64,000 bases of DNA from an uncultured Candidatus Saccharibacteria bacterium (GCA_964487045.1 CAZAOT010000002.1:195511-259510); one strand, 5' to 3'. Numbered from the stretch's first letter, positions 1-8,374 are shown. Made by a program: numbers and translations. Notes: generated by a model from the letters alone, not told the origin.

Positions 1-1313
1 ATAATCTGAATTGGTGTAACGGATACTCCTTGGCCAAAAGAAATCGTTGCTCTATTAACATCCTTCCAAGTCTTGGAATTTCGCAGTTGTCCCGATGATT
101 CACCCGAGATATCAATTCCTGTTTTAAGTCCAAATCCTATCTTTGTCAAAAATTGTCCCAACATATCATTTCCAACTTTGTCAGCTATCCACACCATCCC
201 AATATTGTCCGAGTTCTCTAAAATTTGAGTTACTGTTTCAAAACCATAGGCAGTATCTGTTGAGTTATGAATTTCATAATCATCAACTTTAATCATATTA
301 CTGAACCCACCCTCTTGTTCAGACGGTTTTGAGTCTGGTTCAACTAGCTTAGCATTAACAGCAGCAGCCACAACTACTGGTTTGAAAATCGAACCAGGCT
401 CCCAGTTTTGTCCAGTAACGGGATTAACAAATATGGACTGCTTATCGCCAGTGACTTCATTGAACTTATTTGGGTCATAAGAAGGGGAGGAGGCCATCGC
501 CATTATTGCGCCATCAGTGGGGTTCATAATAATAATCGAACCGCCTTCCGCTCCATAACGATCCATGCCCTCTTTCAGTTTTTTTTCTGCCATATATTGG
601 ATAGAGCGATCTATAGAAAGAACAATGCTTGCGCCACTCTTGCCAGGCTCACTCTCTTCCACTTTGATTACTCGGCCAAGATTATCTTTGATTCCCTTTA
701 AAACTCCCTTTTCCCCTTTTAGAAGGCCGTCATAATACTCCTCGACTCCATACTTACCATTTCCGTTATAGTCGACAAAACCAAGAGTTTGAGCCATAAA
801 TTCCTTCTCAGGATAAAATCTAGAATACTGACCCTCCAGGTAGACCCCTTTGATTTCAAGCTTAGCTACCTTGTCTGCCTCCTCTTGAGTCATTCGTTTC
901 TTAAGGGGTGGTATATACCATTTGTCACAATTAATTTTCCCGAAAACCTCTTCTTCTTTTAGCCCAGTACTTTCAGCAATTTTTTTAGCAGCATCTTTTT
1001 TATCCTTGATGTGCTTAGGTACAATCGCTAGATCATAAAGTTCAAGGTCACTGGCCAAGGGAAAAATTCCAGCCTTCTTCTGATCAAGTAGATTCGAGGA
1101 ATCGTTATCTTTGATATAAATATCTCCTCGCTTCGCCGGCTGGTCGATTTTAGTATAATATTGCCTCTCCGCCATTTCTTTATATTTTCCATTATCAATA
1201 ACCTGTCTAAGAAACAACCTAACACACAACATTCCTAGTAACGCAAAAATAAAAAAGGTTAAATACTTAATCCTTTTTGCCCTGCTTCTATCTATTCGAT
1301 CGTTGTCTATCAT
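1..1313 (-). CDS. ftsI: Penicillin-binding protein 2/FtsI (runs off window start; not in ORF track)
   Basis: Manual translation from ATG 1313 (ATGA overlap with upstream stop): MIDNDRIDRSRAKRIKYL + TM segment, PAKRGDIY, EPGSIFK (SxxK) and ATISFGQGVSVTPIQ; dcw position after mraZ-rsmH-ftsL. Confidence 0.93.
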   Translation of the reverse strand, partial: MIDNDRIDRSRAKRIKYLTFFIFALLGMLCVRLFLRQVIDNGKYKEMAERQYYTKIDQPAKRGDIYIKDNDSSNLLDQKKAGIFPLASDLELYDLAIVPKHIKDKKDAAKKIAESTGLKEEEVFGKINCDKWYIPPLKKRMTQEEADKVAKLEIKGVYLEGQYSRFYPEKEFMAQTLGFVDYNGNGKYGVEEYYDGLLKGEKGVLKGIKDNLGRVIKVEESEPGKSGASIVLSIDRSIQYMAEKKLKEGMDRYGAEGGSIIIMNPTDGAIMAMASSPSYDPNKFNEVTGDKQSIFVNPVTGQNWEPGSIFKPVVVAAAVNAKLVEPDSKPSEQEGGFSNMIKVDDYEIHNSTDTAYGFETVTQILENSDNIGMVWIADKVGNDMLGQFLTKIGFGLKTGIDISGESSGQLRNSKTWKDVNRATISFGQGVSVTPIQI

Positions 1314-1618
1314 TGAGTAGAAGATTCCATACCCTTTTCCTGGGCTTTCTCTTGAATTATCGAAAGGGCTTTTAGACGATTTGCCTCCACTTCAAGCCTT
1401 TCTTTTTCTGCAGTTAGCTTACTATTTTCATCATCTAAACCAGAGACAATATAATTTTTCGCGGCACTCTGGCTAGATTGGGAAAGATAGAATAATGAAA
1501 AAGCGGCTAGTACTACAATAGCCAATATTTTAACCGCATTTGGGCCAAGCACAACCCTTTGTTCAACTGAACGCTTTTTTACTCCTAGATCTTTGCTTCT
1601 TTTTCCAACAATGAACAT
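1310..1618 (-). CDS. ftsL: FtsL-like septum formation protein (TM + coiled coil)
   Basis: 102 aa, one TM then heptad coiled coil ending IQEKAQEKGM; lies between rsmH and ftsI. Confidence 0.7.
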   Translation of the reverse strand: MFIVGKRSKDLGVKKRSVEQRVVLGPNAVKILAIVVLAAFSLFYLSQSSQSAAKNYIVSGLDDENSKLTAEKERLEVEANRLKALSIIQEKAQEKGMESSTQ

Positions 1619-1636
1619 GTCTATCCCCTCTTATAA

Positions 1637-2524
1637 TTATTCCTGGCCCTCGCCAGAAGCACGCACAGCGACTCTGAGTTTGGCGCTTCGACTTCGGGGG
1701 TTCTCTCTTATTTCACTATATTTCGCAACGAGTGGTTTCTTTGTTAAAATTTTTATTTTTCCACTTTGTTGTAAGTTTTTAAAAGTTTGTTTCACAATCC
1801 TATCTTCCAGAGAATGAAAACTGATAACGGCTATTCTTCCTCCATCTTCCAGGCAGTCTACTGCTTCAGGAAGAACCTCTGATAATGTCTCAAGCTCATT
1901 ATTAACCGCGATCCTTAGAGCTTGAAAAGTTTTAGTGGCAGGATTAATCTTTCCCTTTTTCTTAATGGCTTTATTTATAACTTCGCTAAGCTCTAACGCT
2001 GATTCAATTTTTTTGTGCCTTCTATAATCAACGATCGCCTTTGCAATTCTTCTAGAAAGATATTCATCAGAATATTTATAAATCAAATCGGCTAACTCTT
2101 TTTCGCTCATATAATTGACCAGCTCGCTCGCGGGCGTTCCGTTGCTTCGGTCAAGTCTCATGTCGAGCTTTGGGTCCTTAAATGAAAAACCGGCTCCAAG
2201 CTCGTCGTAATGATACGAAGAAAGACCAAGGTCAAAAAGTATTTTATCGACCTTTTTAATTTTCAATTTTTTCAAGATGCGACTAATATTAGAAAAATTG
2301 TCATTTACCAGATTGATTCTTTTATCTAATTGACCTGCTTTTTCGAAAATATCTCTGTCTTGTTCTATTCCGATAACTCTCCCAGATGAGCCAATTTTTT
2401 TCAGAATTTCTTTAGTATGACCACCGAAACCATACGTTGCATCTACCACCAGGTCACCTTTTTGAGGATCCAAGTGCTGCAGAACTTCTTCGATTAAGAC
2501 GCTTTGATGGTATGATTTTTCCAT
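1637..2524 (-). CDS. rsmH: 16S rRNA m4C1402 methyltransferase RsmH (MraW)
   Basis: HQSVLIEEV, DATYGFGGHT, DLGLSS, TFQALRIAVN, SFHSLEDRIVK, NPRSRSAKLR. Confidence 0.98.
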   Translation of the reverse strand: MEKSYHQSVLIEEVLQHLDPQKGDLVVDATYGFGGHTKEILKKIGSSGRVIGIEQDRDIFEKAGQLDKRINLVNDNFSNISRILKKLKIKKVDKILFDLGLSSYHYDELGAGFSFKDPKLDMRLDRSNGTPASELVNYMSEKELADLIYKYSDEYLSRRIAKAIVDYRRHKKIESALELSEVINKAIKKKGKINPATKTFQALRIAVNNELETLSEVLPEAVDCLEDGGRIAVISFHSLEDRIVKQTFKNLQQSGKIKILTKKPLVAKYSEIRENPRSRSAKLRVAVRASGEGQE

Positions 2525-2543
2525 ATATTAGTTTTAATGTTCT

Positions 2544-2727
2544 TATTACGACACGGGCGGAAAGGTTCCTCGATAGCTTCCAAACATTGGCAGAGCCAAA
2601 GCCCAGAGAGTTAAGCCTCCGCTTGCGCGAAGAGAGGAGCCCCCCTCCTTGCCCCGAGGGGTTTTTCGGGTTAACCGCCCATGTCAATACACTCGTGAGC
2701 AGCTGACCTAAAGCCAGCACTTCACGT
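2544..2727 (-). ncRNA. Candidate structured RNA between mraZ and rsmH
   Basis: GC-rich 218-nt spacer; 11-bp closing stem 2550-2560/2675-2685 encloses several hairpins; extra hairpin at 2694-2727. Confidence 0.55.
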
Positions 2728-2742
2728 TGCTACTTACGAATG

Positions 2743-3174
2743 TTACACACCCAGCTCAGACAAATTTTCAATTAATTCTTCGGCCCTCTTATCAGATTTA
2801 GCCGATTCTTTTTCAAAACCTTCTTTGCTCCAAATCTCTACTCGGTCATACAGACCCAGTACCATCGCATCTTTCTTTAGCGAACCATGTTTTTTCAGAT
2901 AACCCGGTAAAACGATCCTTCCCTGATTGTCAAAGTCCACTTCCTGGGCCGACGCGAGAATTACCCTTGCGTAAAGCCGAGCTGATGATTTTGTGAGTGG
3001 TAACTCGGCAATACTCTGCGCCATTTGTCTAAACTTGTCTTTGGCAAACAAAAAGAGACAGCCATCGAGCCCTTTGGAAAGAACCGCTCCTGATTTAAAC
3101 TCCTTTCGGAATTTTGAAGGAATTGCGATTCGGTTTTTCTCATCGATTGTGTGCTCAAACTGTCCAATAAACAT
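2743..3174 (-). CDS. mraZ: Division/cell-wall cluster transcriptional repressor MraZ
   Basis: MFIGQFEHTIDEKNRIAIP...DNQGRIVLP...DRVEIW; ATG 3174 preferred to the upstream GTG. Confidence 0.97.
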   Translation of the reverse strand: MFIGQFEHTIDEKNRIAIPSKFRKEFKSGAVLSKGLDGCLFLFAKDKFRQMAQSIAELPLTKSSARLYARVILASAQEVDFDNQGRIVLPGYLKKHGSLKKDAMVLGLYDRVEIWSKEGFEKESAKSDKRAEELIENLSELGV

Positions 3175-3180
3175 TGTTTC

Positions 3181-3205
3181 ACCACTTTTCCCCACCTTTT
3201 ACCAC
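3181..3205 (-). promoter_or_regulatory. MraZ operator: three GTGGN direct repeats at 10-bp period
   Basis: Minus strand GTGGT-aaaag-GTGGG-gaaaa-GTGGT directly upstream of mraZ; matches known MraZ box architecture. Confidence 0.85.
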
Positions 3206-3287
3206 TGCAATCATATTACCCCTATCAAAAGGAGTGTCAATATAGAACAAAATGCGAACATAACAGGTTTAGTACAAATAGATCAAT

Positions 3288-4385
3288 TTATTTAAAATGA
3301 TACTCGCGCGGGATAGTTGGATTTAGGCCGGTCAAAATTTCCCTAACATTGGTGTTGGCGATATTTGCAAGCTCTTGAGCAAAAACTGATTCTTCCTTTT
3401 GTGATCCAATTAGAATTACCTCTTCACCTACCCGGCAACTTATACCAGTGACATCAATCATCATCGCATTCATATTTATAAATCCAATCACTTTAGCCCT
3501 TGCCCCTCCAATAATTACTTCAGATTTATTGGAAAGAGATCGTGGATAGCCGTCAGCATAACCCACTGGCGCAATAGCAATCTTCCTAGGACTTGCCGCC
3601 TTATAGAGCCTGTTATAAGAAACTGATTCTCCTTTGGCCACTCTTTTGAGAGCAATCACATGACTTTTCCATGACAGCACTGGAGAAAAATTAGCTTGAA
3701 GTTCAGGAATCTCGCTATAGCCGTATAGGCCAAGCCCTATCCTAATCGCATCAAGCTGGCTTTCACTATATAGATAGCTAGCATTGGTCGCAGCCATATG
3801 AGCCATCGGGATTGTGATTCGTTGTTGCTGGAGGCTGAACAATACATTTTGAAATTCTCTAAGTTGCTGCGAGGAAAATTCCGGATCAAGTGCATCGGCA
3901 TAATGAGAGTGAATTCCCTCTATCTTGATATGTTCGAATTTCGCTACTTCCAAAAACTTCTCGCTCGCTTCATACGATTTAAAACCCAATCTGTTCATAC
4001 CCGTATCAACTTCAAAATCAATCTTAGCCCAGCGATTATGTTTTTTTGCTTCAAGATGAAGTAAGTAAATTACATCAAGATCATAACCTGTAAGAGTTAA
4101 GTCGAACTCGAGTGCTTTATAAAAATGTTTCGGGTCCACATATCCTAGCACCAAGATTGGTGATTTTATCTTATTAACCCTAAGTTCTACCGCTTCATCA
4201 ATTGTCCAAGTAGCAAGCTGATCGGCGCCACTAGTCCAAATTGCTCTGGCAGTTTCAACTAGACCATGACCGTAAGCATTGGCTTTAACGACACCGATGA
4301 TTTTTGTCTCAGGATAAATTATCTTTCTGATCGCTGAAAGATTGTGAACAATCGAATTTAAATCAACTTCAATTAATGAATTCAT
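3288..4385 (-). CDS. alr: Alanine racemase
   Basis: VVKANAYGHG PLP-lysine motif, DTGMNRLG, GYADGYPR. Confidence 0.96.
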   Translation of the reverse strand: MNSLIEVDLNSIVHNLSAIRKIIYPETKIIGVVKANAYGHGLVETARAIWTSGADQLATWTIDEAVELRVNKIKSPILVLGYVDPKHFYKALEFDLTLTGYDLDVIYLLHLEAKKHNRWAKIDFEVDTGMNRLGFKSYEASEKFLEVAKFEHIKIEGIHSHYADALDPEFSSQQLREFQNVLFSLQQQRITIPMAHMAATNASYLYSESQLDAIRIGLGLYGYSEIPELQANFSPVLSWKSHVIALKRVAKGESVSYNRLYKAASPRKIAIAPVGYADGYPRSLSNKSEVIIGGARAKVIGFINMNAMMIDVTGISCRVGEEVILIGSQKEESVFAQELANIANTNVREILTGLNPTIPREYHFK

Positions 4386-4391
4386 TTGTTT

Positions 4392-5111
4392 TTACATTAC
4401 CTCATCGGGTAGCAATTTTCCAAATTCATAAATGAAATGCTCGAGAATAATTTTATAGGCTTTCTCAAAAACTGCTTGGTTGGTTTTATATGAAGAAACT
4501 TGCTCAGTAGATAAGCTTGAAACTACTCTAAGAAGCTTAATCTCTTCCGGTTCTGCCAGCAGGCACTCACCCCCAGAACAATGATGGTGCGCTAACCCTC
4601 CTTTTAAGTCAAAAACAAAGTCATCGCTTGCCAAAATCTTCTTTTGACAAAAGGCGCAGTTGTCAAACTCTGGAAGCGACCCAAGATCGCGTAGTACCTC
4701 AATTATAAATTTTAAAAAAATAAGTTGACGCTTCGATAGCGAAATTGACTCAACTAAAGCACAAAGGGAAATATAAGTATTCGGATGCGCTTCGCCAAGC
4801 TCAAATAGCCTGTCTATTATCTTAAGAGCGTAAGAAATAGTCTGGGTCTTCTCATATTCACCCCTAGCGCCAAATGGATGATATATCGGATCAATTTCAG
4901 TAATAATATCAATCGATTTTGTCTTGTGCAGATGAAATCTAGCGATCGTGCCTAGATCGGAATTGGGACTTAAGCGATTTCCCGGACGCCTCGCTCCTTT
5001 GGCCAAGCCTTCTATTTTGCCTTCTTCTTTAGAAAATAATGTTAAAATACGATCTTTTTCCAAAAAATTTCTTCTTCTTAAAACTATTGCATTAACCTTA
5101 AAACTATTCAC
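4392..5111 (-). CDS. recO: DNA repair protein RecO
   Basis: N-terminal OB fold (AIVLRRRNFLEKDRILTLFSKEEGKI..AKGAR) and CxxC zinc finger. Confidence 0.93.
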   Translation of the reverse strand: MNSFKVNAIVLRRRNFLEKDRILTLFSKEEGKIEGLAKGARRPGNRLSPNSDLGTIARFHLHKTKSIDIITEIDPIYHPFGARGEYEKTQTISYALKIIDRLFELGEAHPNTYISLCALVESISLSKRQLIFLKFIIEVLRDLGSLPEFDNCAFCQKKILASDDFVFDLKGGLAHHHCSGGECLLAEPEEIKLLRVVSSLSTEQVSSYKTNQAVFEKAYKIILEHFIYEFGKLLPDEVM

Positions 5112-5468
5112 ATAATAAACATATTAGATTGCTCCTAAAAAGCAATGGGCGCTCTTGACCGAAGTCATGAGCACCCTATGTGAACGGTAGCCGATACAAT
5201 GGCTACCAAGGAAGTGTTGGTGAGAGCCTTTCGGATTTTTGGCCGGCCCTCCTAGCCTCAGCGATCATTTTCTCAGGCTGATCGCAAGCAAACACCTGTA
5301 CGCAGTTGGCCGCTGTCTGGGTGCGGCGGCCCGCTCTAGCCACAGTGTGGCTAAAGCACGTGAACTAGCTAGGGATAACCCAACTTTCACTCCTCCTTGA
5401 ATGCTTTGTGCGAAGAACCCGATTGGCCCTTCGCCTCTCTTGCTTTTTTGTATCCCGCGAAAGGGATC

Positions 5469-5500
5469 AAAAAACCGCGCTTCGGGGCGCGGTTTCTGGG
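5469..5500 (-). terminator. Intrinsic terminator of attenuator 1
   Basis: Minus strand AAACCGCGC-cccgaa-GCGCGGTTT-TTT; its 5' arm CAGAAACCGC is complementary to leader sequence GCGGTTTCTG. Confidence 0.8.
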
Positions 5501-5521
5501 GGAAAATCATTTTAATGACTG

Positions 5522-5617
5522 TTACCTCAGAAACCGCCCTCCGATTTGTTTTTTGGAAACAAAAAGGACGCCCATTGGGGAGTGTGAATTCCTAATTGAT
5601 GTGTAATTATTATTCAT
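5522..5617 (-). CDS. Putative attenuator leader peptide MNNNYTSIRNSHSPMGVLFVSKKQIGGRFLR (31 aa)
   Basis: Starts 10 nt after promoter TTGACA-17-TATTCT (5656-5628); its 3' end carries the 10-nt antiterminator for the terminator at 5469-5500. Confidence 0.55.
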   Translation of the reverse strand: MNNNYTSIRNSHSPMGVLFVSKKQIGGRFLR

Positions 5618-5817
5618 AGCAAATTAAAGAATATCTAACTTGTTCTTACCTGTCAATACCAACCTTAGTATTATATCGCAAAAAGCGAGGAAAGTCAAGC
5701 CCAGCCCTCCTTTTGGCAGGCTGGGCGCCGACCCCTCTCTCTAGACCCGAAAACGAACACGAACATATAGTTCGAGTGAGCTATCGAGTTAGAGGGAGCG
5801 GGTCAAGCACATTTATC

Positions 5818-6579
5818 TTAGTTCCTCGATTTAAGTATTCTCTCGGCTTCTTCCTTATCCTCAGAGGTATTTATTCCAAGCGCCTCGCTTATATCATCTA
5901 TCTCAACAGTTTCTACTTTTTCGCCCTCGGCGATGGCCATCTCTACAATAGTATTAATATAATATTCTTTTTTGACCGGACTCATCTGAATTTTTGGAAG
6001 CGATGCAAATAACCATTTATTGTTAACGACAAAAATACTGGGGCTTTTTTCGGCGATTTTAAGCTGTTCGTCGGTTGCCTCCGGAACTTCCACTATCCCT
6101 AGGACTTTTCCCTGATCATCCCTTACTACCCTCCCATAACTATCAAATTTCTCCCGATCTATAACAGTTGCAAAAGTTAAGGTTGCTCCAGTTTCGGTAG
6201 CATGATTAATCATTTTTTCAAATGTTTTTTCGCTATAGAGTGCATGATCACCGTTGGAAATAAGCGTAAGTCCTTCTTCATCCTCCAAAAGCGCTTCGGC
6301 TTGCCTGACCGCATGGGCAGTTCCCAGTTGATCCTTTTGCCAAACATACTCACTTTTATCACCTAGATAATCAATCACCTGATTACCTAGAAAGCCAACT
6401 ACTGTCACAATCCTATCAACAATCCCCTTTTCCTTTAATTTTAGAAAAGGAGAAATCGACCAGTGAATAATTGGCTTGCCGGCGACTTCAAACATAACCT
6501 TTGGCTTGTCCGAGGCACCAATCCTTGTTCCTTTTCCGGCCGCCATCAAAACTACAAATATTTTATAATTGTTAACCAT
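5818..6579 (-). CDS. Sugar-phosphate nucleotidyltransferase (GlmU N-terminal uridyltransferase domain only)
   Basis: LMAAGKGTRI..KPK, QLGTAHAV, NGDH, YGRVVRD, EYYI, GINT; no LbH acetyltransferase domain. Confidence 0.88.
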   Translation of the reverse strand: MVNNYKIFVVLMAAGKGTRIGASDKPKVMFEVAGKPIIHWSISPFLKLKEKGIVDRIVTVVGFLGNQVIDYLGDKSEYVWQKDQLGTAHAVRQAEALLEDEEGLTLISNGDHALYSEKTFEKMINHATETGATLTFATVIDREKFDSYGRVVRDDQGKVLGIVEVPEATDEQLKIAEKSPSIFVVNNKWLFASLPKIQMSPVKKEYYINTIVEMAIAEGEKVETVEIDDISEALGINTSEDKEEAERILKSRN

Positions 6580-6636
6580 AATATCTCTATTTATCTTTTT
6601 ATAAATATACCAATTATTCACTCTTGTTCAAGGTAA

Positions 6637-6751
6637 ACCCCGTTAGAGAAGACAGCTCATTCACTTCAATTTATTAGCAATATTAGACTGCTAGCACCTG
6701 GAACAAACAACTCACCGCCGATAGAAATCCGTGGCCCTTCTCTAACGGGGT
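6637..6751. mobile_element. 115-bp MITE-like element with perfect 15-bp terminal inverted repeats
   Basis: ACCCCGTTAGAGAAG (6637-6651) and CTTCTCTAACGGGGT (6737-6751); GGTAAA overlaps both ends in direct orientation. Confidence 0.7.
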
Positions 6752-6968
6752 AAAAACAAAGGGGATAGGTGTTTTTGATCGTTGGCCCTCCAGCCTTAGA
6801 TCTAAACACATATCCCCTAAATGGATAGGAAACTTCCTTCCTTGAAGTATAGTTTCCAGAAATTCATGCCCGCCTGCCTTCCCAAGAATGCAGGATAACT
6901 AAAAACCCAGTGACTCTCCCGTCACTCGGCCAGTCAGCAGGACTCTCCCGTCCTGGGGCCCAAAGCTG

Positions 6969-7214
6969 TCAAGCAGCTATACCAGCAGCCTGACGCAAGT
7001 CAGAGGCGCGATTCGGGTCAACTCCTCGCTCGCGTTTGCAGCTCTTGCATCTCTCGACAAGCCTGTGACCATCAAAGATCACTCGGCGGCCCTTCTTGAC
7101 CTTGGTGCCGATGACCATCTCGCGGCACTTTCCGTCGCAGCCTTCGCATCGGCGCTTCGCCCATTCGCCCCGGTACAGGACCCTAGTTATGACATGATTG
7201 TCCGACGGCATCAT
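6969..7214 (-). CDS. Small basic Cys-rich protein (putative Zn ribbon)
   Basis: 81 aa; CEGCDGKC and CKSC; GGAGG SD. Confidence 0.65.
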   Translation of the reverse strand: MMPSDNHVITRVLYRGEWAKRRCEGCDGKCREMVIGTKVKKGRRVIFDGHRLVERCKSCKRERGVDPNRASDLRQAAGIAA

Positions 7215-7224
7215 CTGCCTCCCT

Positions 7225-7554
7225 CTACGCTATTCGTTCGATCGGTTCGCCCGATAAGCTGAACCAGTTGGGGCCATTCTGCTTGTGGGAACAGATCATC
7301 CTGTATCCCCGATCACTCTTCTCGAGCATCTCGGTGACCTGACGGCCACAATAGAATAGCATCTTCGCGATCGCGAGTAGCCTGATCTCCTCGCTCGCTC
7401 CGCCGCCAACTGCTACCCTACCGTAGGTATGCAAAAGCGGCATCGGCGTGAGAAATTCATCAAGCTGATCCGGCGTCGCGACTCCTTCCGGAATAGTGAC
7501 GAGCTGACAGACCAGCCCGCCAATCGAAACGAAACCCGTACTACAGTCTTTCAT
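7225..7554 (-). CDS. Hypothetical protein
   Basis: 109 aa; GGGAGG SD; tightly packed in a four-gene unit. Confidence 0.65.
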   Translation of the reverse strand: MKDCSTGFVSIGGLVCQLVTIPEGVATPDQLDEFLTPMPLLHTYGRVAVGGGASEEIRLLAIAKMLFYCGRQVTEMLEKSDRGYRMICSHKQNGPNWFSLSGEPIERIA

Positions 7555-7568
7555 CTAAACCTCCCTTA

Positions 7569-7814
7569 TCACTGACCGGCAGCAGGCCAGCCACCACAGA
7601 CGTTCATGGTTGCAAGGCTGTGCGTGCGAAGCTCGTATGCTCGTTTCGCGAGCTCTAGCTCTTCGGCAGTTAGCTCGATCCGACTTGTACATAGACAGGA
7701 GCGGTGGAAATCAGGTTCTTCTCCTTCTTGGTCAGACTCGACTGCGAAGACCCTGGTCTGTCCGTCACACCTACTACAGTGCTTTGCGTGCCCTAAGTCT
7801 ACAATTGCCATCAC
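7569..7814 (-). CDS. Small protein with CxxC/CxC (putative Zn ribbon)
   Basis: 81 aa; CSRC...SCLC; GGAGG SD. Confidence 0.65.
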   Translation of the reverse strand: MMAIVDLGHAKHCSRCDGQTRVFAVESDQEGEEPDFHRSCLCTSRIELTAEELELAKRAYELRTHSLATMNVCGGWPAAGQ

Positions 7815-7839
7815 TCAACCTCCAGAATTCCATCAGTAG

Positions 7840-8145
7840 TTATTTATCCTTGAACGTAACTCGCCACTGCCCTTCGACGTGATCGTAGTCTTCAACTTCA
7901 AAGACGTTTGGCTTATGCTTGACCACATCCTCCTCCTCAGGCAAACCTTCGAGAAAGCCAGCCGACCCGCATGTTGTACAGATACGCAGTCTCATCATGC
8001 AGTAGAATCGGCGCTCTAGTCTCTCCTCAAGTTCGTCAGGAGGATGATAACTGTCTAGGCGCGCAACAAACGAAGTTCCGCCACATTCACAAGGCTTTGG
8101 AACCCCGTAAATGAGCGCTTCGTGAATCAACTCTGGAGCACCCAT
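7840..8145 (-). CDS. Small protein with CxC...CxxC (putative Zn ribbon)
   Basis: AAGGAGGAG SD before ATG 8145 (MGAPELI); PCECGG...ICTTCG. Confidence 0.7.
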   Translation of the reverse strand: MGAPELIHEALIYGVPKPCECGGTSFVARLDSYHPPDELEERLERRFYCMMRLRICTTCGSAGFLEGLPEEEDVVKHKPNVFEVEDYDHVEGQWRVTFKDK

Positions 8146-8320
8146 GCACTCTCCTCCTTTATGACTCTTTTTGTCAATCTTGTCGGCTCTCGACATATGT
8201 CGAAAGCTCACAGATAGACAAACCCGCACACTTTTCAACCTCTCGCAGTATCCCTATTCGTGAATCTGCGAATAGGTTTCAAAGTGAGGGGTTATTTTTG
8301 GGATTCTTTTTTTAAGGTAC

Positions 8321-8347
8321 AAAAACAAAAACCGGCTCGAGGCCGGT
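8321..8347 (-). terminator. Intrinsic terminator of attenuator 2
   Basis: Minus strand ACCGGC-ctcga-GCCGGT-TTTTGTTTTT. Confidence 0.85.
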
Positions 8348-8374
8348 AGCAATTCTTGTGTTTTATTTTACAAA

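Noticed and set aside
408-1225. ORF-track ORFs 408..701 (+) and 1028..1225 (-)
   Set aside because: Shadow frames of ftsI, which the track missed because it runs off the window
2437-2720. ORFs 2437..2706 and 2454..2720
   Set aside because: Overlap rsmH, no recognisable motifs; the GC-rich stems explain the open frames
5265-5606. ORFs 5265..5510, 5397..5606 and 5401..5595 as full genes
   Set aside because: They run through the terminator hairpin or lie antisense to the promoter-leader unit
5760-5774. CGAAC-atata-GTTCG as a LexA box
   Set aside because: Spacer is 5 nt rather than the GAAC-N4-GTTC pattern, and it is the tip of a larger hairpin
5725-5810. SRP or 6S RNA assignment
   Set aside because: No SRP helix-8 motif (CAGG..GNRA..AGCA); too short for a confident 6S call
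8146-8238. N-terminal extension of ORF 7840..8238
   Set aside because: Strong SD precedes ATG 8145; the extension covers hairpin-forming leader sequence
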